From positions 53,818,001 through 53,882,000 of the forward strand of contig CM059432.1 of assembly GCA_030390025.1 (NCBI GenBank): a stretch of DNA of 64,000 nucleotides, in the 5' to 3' direction. Source of the stretch: Squalus acanthias. Taxonomy: Eukaryota. Shown here in pieces: positions 10,915-22,719 of the stretch; within the stretch, counting starts at the first letter, position 1; each line of letters starts with the position of its first letter. Position numbers and translations under genes: made by a program. The notes beneath the pieces are model-generated. The model saw only the letters and a program-made list of their open reading frames with translations, was not told the origin of the DNA and ran no database searches.

Positions 10915-13174
10915 TATATTTTTTTAACTCTGTTCTCTTGCCAAGGGGGCCTTTGAGGGCAACAAAATCCTCTTTTTGGGAATGTGGTGGGAGGCGGCAT
11001 TACCCTCACTGAGGCTGGTCCACCTCCACCAGACCTTCTGACCTTGCTGCAATGGCAGGCACCCCAAATGCGTCGCTAGTGGCATAGGTGCTTGCCAATG
11101 AAAGGAGTTTCCCCAAAATCCCATGTGGTGGAGGACCAGAGCATCTTGGCAATTACACAGAGGCTATTTCTCACGGATTTTTGAGCCAGCTATTTTTTAA
11201 AATCTTGGTCTAAAATGCTGTGGGGGTTCCATCAGTCGCAGGCCTTGACTCCCGATGGGAGACCAGTGGAAACCCAAGGGAAACAATTGATCTTCACTTA
11301 TGCTGGGTCGATGCTGTTTTGGAAATTTTCTTCATTGTCTAGTAATGGGCAGATGAAGGGGCAAAACTTCCATCCACCCTTTACAAGGAAACAACGGGAA
11401 GGGGCAGGGCTGGAGAGCACTGTCCAGCATGATCCAGGAATAACCACCAGGATCGCAACCCGAGGAACTTCAGGGTTCATGTTCAGACATCACATGTGGG
11501 TAAATGATTATCCACATCTATTGTTTACATTCTATTTGGAATTGCATGTAAAGGCCCGGAATTTTCTGTAATGGCGAAATTGGCCATTATTTAGATCCTC
11601 CAGTGGCGAATTTATGGCAAAGTTTGCTGGAGACTGATTAAAATACGCCACAGTCAGCATAGCAACACAGTCAATGTCCAAGGAGCATGACTACACCTCG
11701 CGGTTCCACATTCAGGTAAGTATTTTTCAACAAACTTACCTTTTTGGTGGCCATCTTCAGCTGATTAGGACGCATATGCACCATGTTTTCCTTGAATGCA
11801 GCAAGCCTGGTCCCTGGCTGCCTTTTTTTCTGCCTTTACCTATATGGTGGGTGGCACATTTCCAACGCATAATGAGTGCACACGCTCCACCAAATTGGAT
11901 GCTTCGACACCCGTTTTGCGGCTGAAAACGAGTGCAATGCCATTAAATACCTCTGCCGATATTCCTGTGCTAATGCTTTATGCAAATGGAATGAATGCTA
12001 CTATATGCTATGAGGTGGAAGCCCCTTTATCCTCAGTGCTCTTTGGCAATACCTATAGAAGTACAACTGAAAGAAGTATTTATTGCTACCACCAACACAT
12101 TCCTTGTAACATGTTGCACCTGCCAATCCCGACCATCCTATGGTGTTCTGGTGCCTGCCAAGTTTCCTATTGACAGGATGCCTGAGTAAGTGACAAATTC
12201 AGAGGAAAGAAAAAGCAGTGATGAAGGTTGCCAACCTGGTGATGCAGGTTGGCACCTGTATAATCTTTTCAAATGAGCTCTATGGAGTACCAGCTCACCA
12301 TCTCCAAAATTAAATCTTCCAAGTGCGTTAGGTGCTTGAGGTTCATGTGCCACCACTAGTTGCTAGTCTTTCCCTTCGGTTGTGGTTTCCTTCTCCTGCA
12401 ATTATAAAGAGATTGGTAAGATGCTAACTGTTTCACCTGCCCTGCCCTGTGATTGTTTAAAATATATTTAAAACTCCCTAATGATGAATACGCATCCTAT
12501 GTGAGGGAAAGTTGGTTGAAGTGAAAGTGGATGTTGCTGCCATGCAACAAAGCTCCACTGGATAGAGGTAAATTCAACAGACACGAGCCTTGGTAAACTT
12601 CTTTAATTATCTTGTGTGTCTGTGACAAGGGCTTCCTAACCACAGCAACTGTTCTGACATGATGTGCTACTTTTCCTACACAGCCTGGATAGCTCCCCTC
12701 GAAGATGGGTGCCAAACCAAAGCTAACAACCATACTTTGCTGTATCTCTGACAATTATCTCGGGGTCTGTCGCAAAAGAGAGGAGTCCTCCCTCCTCCTT
12801 GGGTCCTTGCAGTCTGTTCTGACATGAGCAGAATTTTACCCAAAGCCAATTACAAAACAGTGCACTAAAAGTGCAGGTGCCTCTTTACACTGCAGCTACA
12901 ACAATAGCAGCTTGCAATTAAACAGCTGCTGCATCAGCCTTCTTGCCCCACCCCCAGACCTTCAAACTCAGAACCTGAGCTCTGGAGATCCTGAAATGTA
13001 AAAGAACAGATGTTAGAATGCTGGTTGTATGTATGGGTGAGTGAGATGAGATGAAGTCACAATAAGAACAGAGTGGTACTAACCCTGAACTTGGGGAAGT
13101 CTATCACTTCACCTTCCCCTGCTCTTCACGTAAAGATATCCAGGAAGGTCTCCTCCAAGGGAATTATAGGCTTG

Positions 13175-16100
13175 AGGGGATATTACTGGACGAGTAATCC
13201 AGAAGCCTGGACTAATGATCCAGAGATATGAGTTCAACTCCCACCACAGCAGCTGGGGAATTTAAATTCAGTTACTTAAATAAATCTGGAATGAAAAGCT
13301 AGTATCAGTAATGGCGACCATGAAACTATCGGATTGTCGTAAAAACCCATCTGATTCATTAATGTCCTTCAGGGAAGGAAATCTGTCCTTACCTGGTCTG
13401 GTACCAGACCCACAGCAATTGGTTGACTCTTAATCGCCCTCTGAAATGGCCTAGCAAGCCACTTAGTTAGAACAAATCACTATGAAAAACAATAAGAATA
13501 AAACTGGATGGACCACCCTGGCATCGACCGAGGCACCAGCTTCGGACACGACAACGGCACACCCAGCCCAGTCCTCCACACTAACATCTGGGTACTTGTG
13601 CCAAAATTGAGAGAGCTGTCCTACAGACTAGTAAAGCAACAGCCTGACATAGTCATACTCCCAGAATCATACCTTTCAGCCAATGTACCAGAATCCTCCA
13701 TCATCATCTGGGTATGTCCAGTCCCACCGGCAGGACAGACCCACCAGAGGTGGCAGCACAGTGGTATACAGTCAGGAGGGAGTGGCCCTGGGAGTCTTCA
13801 ACATTAACTCCGGACCCCATGAAGTCTCATGGCTTCAGGTCAAGCATGGCCAAGGAAACCTCCTGCTGATTACCACCTATCACCCTCCCTCAGCTGATGA
13901 ATCAGTACTCCTCCATCTTGAACACCACTTGGAAGAAGCACTGAGGGTAGCAAGGGCACAGAATGTACTCTCGATGGGGGACTTCAATGTTCATCACCAA
14001 GAGTGGCTCGGTAGCACCACTAATGACCGAGCTGGCCAAGTCCCGAAGGACATAGCTGCCAGACTGAGCCTGCGGCAGGTTGTGAGAGAACCATCGCAAG
14101 GGAAAAACCTATTTGACCTCGTCCTCACCAATCCACCTGTCGCAGATGCATCTGTCCATGACAACATTTGTAGCAGTGACCACAGCACAGTCCTTGTAGA
14201 GACGAAGTCCCGTCTTCACACTACCACTGTGCTAAATGGGATGGATTCAGAACGGATCTAGCACCTCAAAACTGGGCATCCATGAGGCGCTGTGGGCCAG
14301 CAGCAGCAGCATTACCATCAAGCCAGGGGAGCAACCCTGGTCCAATGAAGAGCGTAGACGAGCATGTCAGGAGCAGCCCCAGGCGCACCTAAAAATGAGA
14401 TGCCAACCTGGGGAAGCTGCAACACAGGACTACATGTATACTAAACAGCAGAAGCAGCATGCTATAGACAGAGCTAAGCGATCCCACAATCAACGGATCA
14501 GATCAAAGCTCTGTAGTCATGCCACATCAAGTCGTGAATGGTGGTGGACAATTAAACAACTAACGGGAGGAAGAGGCTCCATGAATATCCCCATCCTCAA
14601 TGATGGTGGAGCGCAGCACGCAAGTGCAAAAGACAAGGCTGAAGCGTTTGCAACCATCATCAGCCAGAAGTGCGAGTGGATGATCCTGAGGTCCTCACCA
14701 TCACAGAAGCCAGTCTTCAGCCAATTCGATTCACTCCATGTGATATCAAGAAACGGCTGAGCGCACTGGATACAGCAAAGGCTATGGGCCCCGACAACAT
14801 CCCGGCAGTCATGCTGAAGACTTGTGCTCCAGAACTAGCTGCACCTTCAGCCAAGCTGTTCCTGTACAACACTGGCATTTACCCGACAATGTGGAAAACT
14901 GCCCAGGTATGTCCTGTCCAAAAAAAGCGGGACAAATCCAATCTGGCCAATTACCACCCCATCAGATGACTCTCAATCCTCAGCAAAGTGATGGAAGGTG
15001 TTGTCGACAGTGCTATCAAGTGGCACTTACCAATAACCTACTCACCGATGCTCAGTTTGGGTTCCGCCAGGACCACTCTGCTCCAGACCTCATTACAGCT
15101 TTGGTCCAAACATGGACAAAAGAGCTGAATTCCAGAGGTGAGATGAGAATGACTGCCCTTGACATCAAGGCAGTATTTGACTGAGTGTGGCATCAAGGAG
15201 CCCCAGTAAAATTGAAGTCAATGGGAATCAGGGGGAAAACTCTCCACTGGCTGGAGTTATACCTAGCACAAGATGGTTGTGGCTGTTGGAGGTCAATCAT
15301 CTCAGCCCCTGGACATTGCTGCAGGAGTTCCTCAGGGCAGTGTTCTAGGCCCAACCATCTTCAGCTGCTTCATCAATGACCTTCCCTCCATCATAAGGTC
15401 AGAAGTGGGGATGTTGGCTGATGATTGCACAGTGTTCAGTGCCAATCACAACTCCTCAGGTAATGAAGCAGTCCATGTCCGCAATCAGCAAGAACTGGAC
15501 AACATTCAGGTTTGGGTTGATAAGTGGCAGGTAACATTTGCACCACAGAAGTGCCAGGCAATGACTATCTCCAACAAGCAAGAGTCTAACCACCACCCCT
15601 TGACATTCAACGGCATTACCTTCGCCGAATCCCACACCATCAACATCCTGCAGGTCACCATTGACCAGAAACTTAACTGGACCAGCCACATGAATACTGT
15701 GGCAACAACAGCAGGTCAGAGGCTAGGTATTCTGCAGTGAGTGTCTCACCTGCTGACTCCCCAAAGCCTTTCCAGCATCTACAAGGCACAAGTCAGGAGT
15801 GTGATGGAATACTCTCCACTTGCCTGGATGAGTGCAGCTTCAACAACACTCAAGAAGCTCGACACCATCCAGGACAAAGCAGCCCACTTGATTGGCACCC
15901 CATCCACCACCTTAAATATTAACTCCCTCCACCACCAGCGTACCGTGGCTGCAGTGTGTACCATCTACAAGATGCACTGCAGCAACTCACCAAGGCTTCT
16001 TCAGCAGCACCTCCTAAACCCACGACCTCTTCCATCTCGAAGGACAAGGGCAGCAGGCATCTGGGAACACCATCACCTGCAAGTTCCCCTCCAAGTCACA

Positions 16101-16322
16101 CACCATCCTGACTTGGAAATAAAGCACCGTTCCTTCATCGTTGCTGGGTCAATATCCTGGAACTCCCTCCCTAACAGCATCATGGGAGTACCTTCACCAC
16201 ATGGACTGCAGTGGTTCAAGAAGGTGGCTCACTACCACCTTCTCAAGGGCAATAAGGGATGGACAATAAATGCTGGCCTTGCCAGCGATGCCCACATCCC
16301 AGGAACAAATTTAAAAAAAAAA
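13175..16322 (+). mobile_element. CR1-group LINE, single EN-RT ORF (frameshifted), tRNA-like 5' head, poly(A) end
   Basis: B-box-like GAGTTCAACTCC at 13230; EN motifs (QPDIVILPES, MGDFNVHH, SDH); RT motifs ([27 protein letters not shown]); AATAAA and A run at 16313-16322. Confidence 0.88.
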
Positions 16323-16428
16323 TCTTGTTCCTCTTCTAGTTTAGGTTGGTTCCCAAGCATCAAGTGCCACCTTGTCCTACAAGCAGAGAAGTAGTCTTGA
16401 AATATTGGAAGCTTAAGGAGCACATATA

Positions 16429-17171
16429 GGGCCAAAAATTCATCCCGCGACGCGAGAGTACGCACTGCGTACTCTCGCGTATTCTCACTCCAATTGCCGG
16501 TTTTCTGCATGCCCTGCGCATGCGCTGAAAACCGGCACTTGGTCTTTTGAAAAGGGGGCGGTTCCTCGGTGCATCGCGTGCGCGCTACAGGCTGCGCGCA
16601 CGCTGTGCACTTCGTGCTTTGGACGCGCAGGTAAGTACGGAAGATTTTAGAAATGGAAAAAGGAGGAGTAAGACCCACTTTTAACAAGGTAAGTAGTGAA
16701 TAAAGTATTTTTTTGAATTTTTTTTAACAGGTATATCTTTTTTAGAGACTTTAAAGACAGGTAAGTTTAGTTTATAACTTTTTAAAAGATTTTAAATTTT
16801 TTCAAAAATTTAATTTTTTATTTAAAATGGTTAATTTATTTAACTATACTTATTTTATTAATGTGATGGTTTTTTTTTTAAATTTAATTGAGGTTTAGCT
16901 GTTATTTTGGGGGGGTGTAAGATTCATAGATTTCACAGCACGTATGTGAAACTTATGAATGGAAGATGGCGTGCTGCCATTGGCTCTAACTGAGTCACGT
17001 GATCCCACAGCTCGCACAAATTCACTACGCCGGTGGGATACGCAAGCACTGCCCAGCTGATGTCTGGAACATCAAGTTCGTGCGAGCTGGATCTGAAAAA
17101 GCACACGCGGAGTGAGAGATCGCGGGGAAGCCTTACCCCCGCGGGAACAGAGCGAGATCAATTTCTGGGCC
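16429..17171. mobile_element. ~743-bp structured TIR element, copy 1
   Basis: GGGCCAAAAATT / AATTTCTGGGCC; ATA TSD; near-identical reverse complement of 23240-23984 and 26932-27673. Confidence 0.9.
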
Positions 17172-17465
17172 ATAGTGTCCAACCTGCAGTCTATCCTATG
17201 TAGCACTACCTGACCACACATCAGGTAACTAGCTTGAGTTAGAAAGATTTACTACATTTAAGATATCAGTGTGCCAAGGGTTTCAGTAAGTTGTAGCTTG
17301 TTCGGGGAGAATGGGAATGCATGGTAAACAATTAAAGAGCTGTAAGGTTATCTGAGGACTTTACATGATCTAATAGGAGGTTGATAGGCAATAATTTGAA
17401 GCACACAAGCTTGAGCCGTCTGCTACGTAGTACTGTAGGGCTGCCATACATTGGCAATTTTCTTA

Positions 17466-18277
17466 GGGCAGAATTTTCATTGACCCGTGGAGGCAGGTTT
17501 GGAGGCGTGTGGGGGGTTAAAATAGCAGATTCGGGGGTCCCGAACCCATCCCGCCCCCAACCCGCCTCCATGCCAGTTTCACAGGAGGCGGGTACCCAAC
17601 CTGTGCTGGGACCCGCCTCCCTGAGGCGGGGAGGGGATTAGTGCCAATAAACTGCCTGTTAACAGGTAGTTAACAGGCAGTTTTTTGCCTAATCCCTATT
17701 TTTAGCCCTGAAGTGTGGGTTTCCCGACAGGTCCGAACCACGTCGATTTAGCAAGGCAGACCGTCGGTCTGGAGGGCTTGGAGGGGTCGAGATGTCCGGT
17801 GTGCAGGTGAGTGATGGGTGCATGAGTGCAGAGGTAAGTGTGTTTGGTGTGTGTAAAGTGTTTTAAGAACTTGTACTTACCTTAACTTTGTCCTGCAGGC
17901 TTCCTTCCTTCAGTTCTCAGGAGTCCCTCAGCTCACCGGCACAGAAAGCAGAATGGCCGCGGAGCTGTCAAAAGCTGCAGTCTCTGCTTTCTGTGCTGGA
18001 TTGATTTCTAACTGAGTCTAAGTAAGGAGACTCATGTTAGAAATCATATTGTCAGTGTTTGACAGCTTCACAGAGCTGTCAAACGCTGAAATTTCATCTG
18101 TCAAAAGCTCTTGACAGATGAAATTTCAATGGCTGACGTCACCTGTATCCAAGGGACCCTTGATTGGCCTGCTAAGCCCACTGGGCGGGCTTAACAAGGT
18201 CAATCAAGGGAAAATACAGTGGGTTGGCCACAAGTCGATGGAGGCGGGACTACAACCCCATTGACAAAATCCAGCCC
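17466..18277. mobile_element. Non-autonomous Harbinger-like TIR element, ~810 bp
   Basis: GGGCAGAATTTT / AAAATCCAGCCC; homologous to 18472-19317; flanks do not match (TTA/GAA). Confidence 0.78.
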
Positions 18278-18471
18278 GAATGTCTAGAATCTTCCTGCAC
18301 ATTGGTTCCTAGTTGTGGCAGTTACTGTACAAAGGACTGACCATCGCTGCCATGCGTGCTGAACTCTGGGAAGATGCCCTGGATTGCCCGAGATGATAGC
18401 CATTCTCTCACTCAGCTCAAATAGTATCCAACAAATGATGGCTTCAGGTACATCTCTTGCTCAGATACACT

Positions 18472-19317
18472 GGGCTGGATTTTGCCAGCCCTGGGGAGAC
18501 GGGTTTGGAGGTGGGACTGCCGGGAAAATGGCAGAATCTGGGGGCGGTTACCCATCCCGCCCCCAACCCGCCTCCGTGCCATCTTCCCAGGAGGCGGGTA
18601 GTCGATCCGCGCCGGGTCCCGTCTCCTGGAGGCGGGAAGGGGATTACAGCCACTTAACTGCCTGTTAACAGGTAGTTAACAGGCAGTTAATAGGATTATC
18701 CCCATTTTTCCACCAGAGGCGCAGGCTTCCCGACGTTGGGAAACCCCGCCAGGGTCACCGAGGCAAGCAGTGGGTCTGCGGGGGTCTGCGGGGTCCAAAA
18801 GCGCGCTGTGGAGGTAAGTGATGGGTGCAAGTGTGGAGAGGTAAGTATGTGAGGTGAGTGAAAAGTGATAGAAAATGTTTACTTACCTTTGTTTCTTCCT
18901 GCAGGCTTCAACAGTTGATAAACCGGAGAGTCCCGCATCTCATCGGCAGAGATGACAGATGGCTGCTGCATTCTCCAATGCAACAGCCATCTGATTTCTG
19001 CTCACAAAAGAGGTTTGATGAGTCTTGAATACAAGGACTCATCAAACAACAGAGAATATCAGTGTTTGACAGCTTTACAGAGCTGTCAAACAATGACAAT
19101 TCATCTGTCAAACATTTTTGACAGATGAAACGTCATACGCTGACGTTCTCTGTAACCGGCTTCCCCTTAATTGGCCTGCTAAGCCCGCTGGGCGGGCTTA
19201 ACAAGGCCAATCAAGGGAAAATAGCGTGGGTTGGCCACAAGTCGATGGAGGCGGGACTGAAATCCAACAAGCAGCAGTCCCGCTTCCAACACGCCCCCAT
19301 TGGCAAAATCACCCCCC
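18472..19317. mobile_element. Non-autonomous Harbinger-like TIR element, 846 bp
   Basis: GGGCTGGATTTTGCCA / TGGCAAAATCACCCCCC; ACT TSD; palindrome AACTGCCTGTTAAC-AGGTA-GTTAACAGGCAGTT. Confidence 0.85.
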
Positions 19318-19996
19318 ACTGTTTCCTGCTTTCATATTTTTTTTGACCCACACATACTTGTTGCAGACTCTCTTTTGTCCTCCACATGCTTTTCAAACTT
19401 TGTCCTCCAGGTAACTTTAAATGGCCAGATACCTTTAACGGACTGCTGCAAATCTTTACGTAGCTGCCACACTACTGGAAATTCCATCTCCACTTTGTGA
19501 GCTCCTGGGCGGAAGTGCATTCCACAGTGGGAGATTGCACGGATTGTGTAACCAGGGATAACCCCAGAAGATTTGACAGGGTCACACATGTATAACTCAG
19601 GCTGGTGCAAAGCCAGTACTGCAATGTTCTCGCCACCTCCAGGAACACTGTGGAACTTCTACCCCAATGTCACAGATCTACAGATAAAACATCCCAGAAT
19701 CAGTTAGAGCACCTTTTAAAACTGCACAATAAACACTAGACTGGGCACTTTTATGAATGTTTATTCTGAACTAACTAGCAGCACTCTGAGGCAATCTTAG
19801 CTTCTGATCGGCCTTTTATGATTTCTGTGTGCTCTCAGGCAGCTTTAAACATCTTGCTGTGCCTGCTGTTTATGTACTAAAAGCTAAACCCAACTTTAAA
19901 AATTGTTGCAGTTTGAAATCTCCTGAAAGGATAAACTTCTCTGGTTGATTCAGCTGAATGTCTTACCTTACCCATAGTATTTGTTATGTACAATTT

Positions 19997-20168
19997 GGAA
20001 GTGAATTTCTGTGACGTTATCCCATTTGTCCGATGTAACTTCGCTGGAAGACTCGCAGAAACCCCGGAGAAATGGCGTACATAGCATTTACCATTTTTCC
20101 AGGGTTTCCACGCTTTTCCAGTGAAGTTACGTTGGACTAGTGGGAGAACCCTGCAGAAATTCACCCCC
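19997..20168. mobile_element. Short fold-back MITE (~170 bp)
   Basis: GTGAATTTCTG..TAACTTCGCTGGAA / TTCCAGTGAAGTTA..CAGAAATTCACCCCC; related copy at 54598-54762. Confidence 0.7.
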
Positions 20169-20421
20169 TTGATCTGTAAATGGACAGGGTAATTTAATAG
20201 TGTATGTATTTGATATATGATGGACTGAGGGCTGGGGCAGTGGGGTGTGGGGGGAGGGATACTTGGGCTCATGCTCGATACTCTGAGGAAATTATTTGTA
20301 ATCCGTGATGAACTAGAGAAAGGTCTATGTATCTGATTCATGTTGGTCTAGTATTGGTGTATGAATGTGTCTGACATGTGGTAGTCTATTAATGTGTATA
20401 ACTAAGTCTGATAATAATGCT

Positions 20422-20850
20422 ATAGCAAAATACTGCGGATGCTGGAAATCTGAAATAACAACAGAAAATGCTGGAAACACTCAGCAGGCCAGGCAGCATC
20501 CATGGAGAGAGAAACAGACTCAACATTGAGTTCAACAATTTCAGACTATAAACCCACCCCCCCCCCCATTTTTTCAGGCGGCAGCTGTTTATGATTCTGC
20601 CATCCCCATTTGCAACATTTAACCACTCCTGCCTTGGATTCTAGCACAGACTGTCCCTTCAGTTCCTTCCTCCCCTCCCCCGCACCCCACCCCCACACCT
20701 TCTCTGCCTCTGCACCTGCTTAAAATCTGTTACATCTCCAACTTTTACCAGTTCTGAAGAAGGGTCTCCGACCTGAAACGTTAACTCTGTTTCTCTCTCC
20801 ACGGATGCTGCCTGGCCTGCTGAGTGTTTCCAGCATTTTCTGTTGTTATT
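20422..20850 (+). mobile_element. Penelope-like non-autonomous element with inverted terminal repeat
   Basis: Inverted repeat (AAATAACAACAGAAAATGCTGGAAACACTCAGCAGGCCAGGCAGCATCC..) at ~20453-20520 and ~20785-20851; direct repeat TCTGATAATAATGCT at 20407-20421 and 20851-20865; hammerhead motif inside. Confidence 0.75.
20750..20786 (+). ncRNA. Minimal type I hammerhead ribozyme motif
   Basis: AGTT-CTGAAGA-A-GGGTC-TCC-GACCT-GAAA-CG-T-T-AACT: stem I AGTT/AACT, core CUGANGA and GAAA, stem II, palindromic ACGT in place of stem III. Confidence 0.75.
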
Positions 20851-20887
20851 TCTGATAATAATGCTGTATGTTATGGTCCAGCAATAC

Positions 20888-21126
20888 TGGAAACACTTCT
20901 ACACACAAAGGGTGGTAGAAGTTTGGAACTCTCTTCTGCAAACGGCAGTTGATGCTAGGTCAATTGTTAATTCTAAATCTGAGATTGATAGATTTCTGTT
21001 AACCAAAGGTAGTAAGGGATATGGAGCAAAGGCGGGTATATGGAGTTAGGTCACAGATCAGCCATGATCTCATTGAATGGCGGAACAGGCTCGAGGAGCT
21101 AAATGGCCTACTCCTGTTCCTATGTA
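20888..21126 (+). mobile_element. CR1 3' end fragment
   Basis: HFYTQRVVEVWNSL..EIDRFL..KGYG plus 3' UTR ending CTCCTGTTCCTATGT. Confidence 0.85.
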
Positions 21127-22719
21127 TAAATCTGATCCATGGGGCATATATTAGTCCGATCCATGATGGTCTAGTAATGCTGATGGCTACATAGTAAGGT
21201 GGTAATTTGCAATTCAATTTATTTATAAACCATGCTTCCTCTTTCACAACCAACCACCACCAACACCACCATCAAAAACCAAAATCTATTGTCTGAATTT
21301 CTTTGAATGCTTCTCATTATGATTTTCCTTTTCATTTTTACCCGCACCACGCAGAAGCAGGATGCCTAATTAATTGGTGTACACTGATAAATAGAACTGA
21401 ATAATTGGTATCTTGATAGTAAAGAATGACACGCACATGCACTTGATTACAAAGCAATCCTCTCTCCAAAGGCAAGAATCTCTTTCACAGCTTGTCACAG
21501 CCCAGATGACAGCCTAATGCTGTAAGCTGTTAAAGCCACTATTCAGAATTCAGGTCACAAAGCTACCAGATCTATCTAGTAGATCAGAATGCTTTAACCC
21601 ATTTGTTGCTATCACACTTTTATCACAGAATGTTTTTGAATGTTTTTGTTTATTTAATGCTTTACATATTTAATCGTATTTTTAATAAATTAGTAAAATA
21701 AAATATAAACTCTTCTGCAATCTTTACATACTTCCCATATTTTTCATGAAATGAGTGAGGGAAAACCTTAAAATACAGGACATTTCACATCACAGTATTA
21801 CGTATTCTCAACTCTATAAATTATTATCCATCTCTTTTCCATAAACCATATGATCATTGTTCCTACTCTAATATGTATAGTTTCACAAGAAACTGTCTAT
21901 CCACTTCCAGTAATCCCATATAGCCTATTCATGAAATTAATAATATATAAGCAATATAATGACGCCACCCTGTCATCAATTTCTTAATGCAGCAGAATAG
22001 TTTTTAGCGATGTCCTAAACATAATCTCCAAAGAGATCTGTACCTTCCATTTTCCATTTTATTTTTCCTTGTCAGACAGAAGGTTGGCATAAACTAGATC
22101 AGAAAAATGTCTTAGTGACCTCTATCAATGTCAATTTATGATTGGCTAACAGCTGGTGGGATTGCTAGGTCGGAGATCAAGATATGTTAGATTCTTTGTT
22201 GCACCATGGCTCTTAAACTAGGAGTCCAACTAAGAACTGATGAAAGCTGTTCACTGGTGGGTTTGAATGATAGATATGAACGGTCAACTGTCTAATTAGG
22301 AAACAGATATTGAATTCCCTGTGGTATCAGGTTAACCTTTTGGAGAGTATCTGCTATAAAGTACTGATAAGATCTAATTTGATTGAAACCCACTGCAAGT
22401 GCAAAACACGCCACAATGTTTTCCTGATGGTAAACCATTTACTTCCTTAATGATGACTTTGCTGTTTAAAAACCTAGTTATAAATTGTATGTTAATACAG
22501 CAATAATAATCATCATTCTCCATATTGTGGCAAGGAGTAATAGCTACTGATGGCACTGCTTTGATTCAATAAAGAGGTCACTCTACACAAAAAATACATT
22601 TTTATAGCTTTTTTTTCATGTATTAAAAAGGTGCGCCATTGGCTAGAAAATAAGATGAGGTAAGAGTCATCATAAAAAATAATGGGCTGCTGGGTTTCAT
22701 CATCATAGACATATGGAAC

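Noticed and set aside
12225..12258. Small hairpin AGGTTGCCAACCT..AGGTTGGCACCT
   Set aside because: Possibly a hAT-MITE remnant, but too short and without a TSD to support a call.
16232..16687. Recurrent ORF 'LKVGLTPPF..' (also 23735, 27415) as a novel protein
   Set aside because: Non-ATG starts, differing ends, and not maintained in the 57613 sister element; recurrence reflects repeat identity.
17880..17898. U12-type branch point CCTTAAC near AG
   Set aside because: Donors are U2-type and the motif is absent in the sister copy at ~18885.
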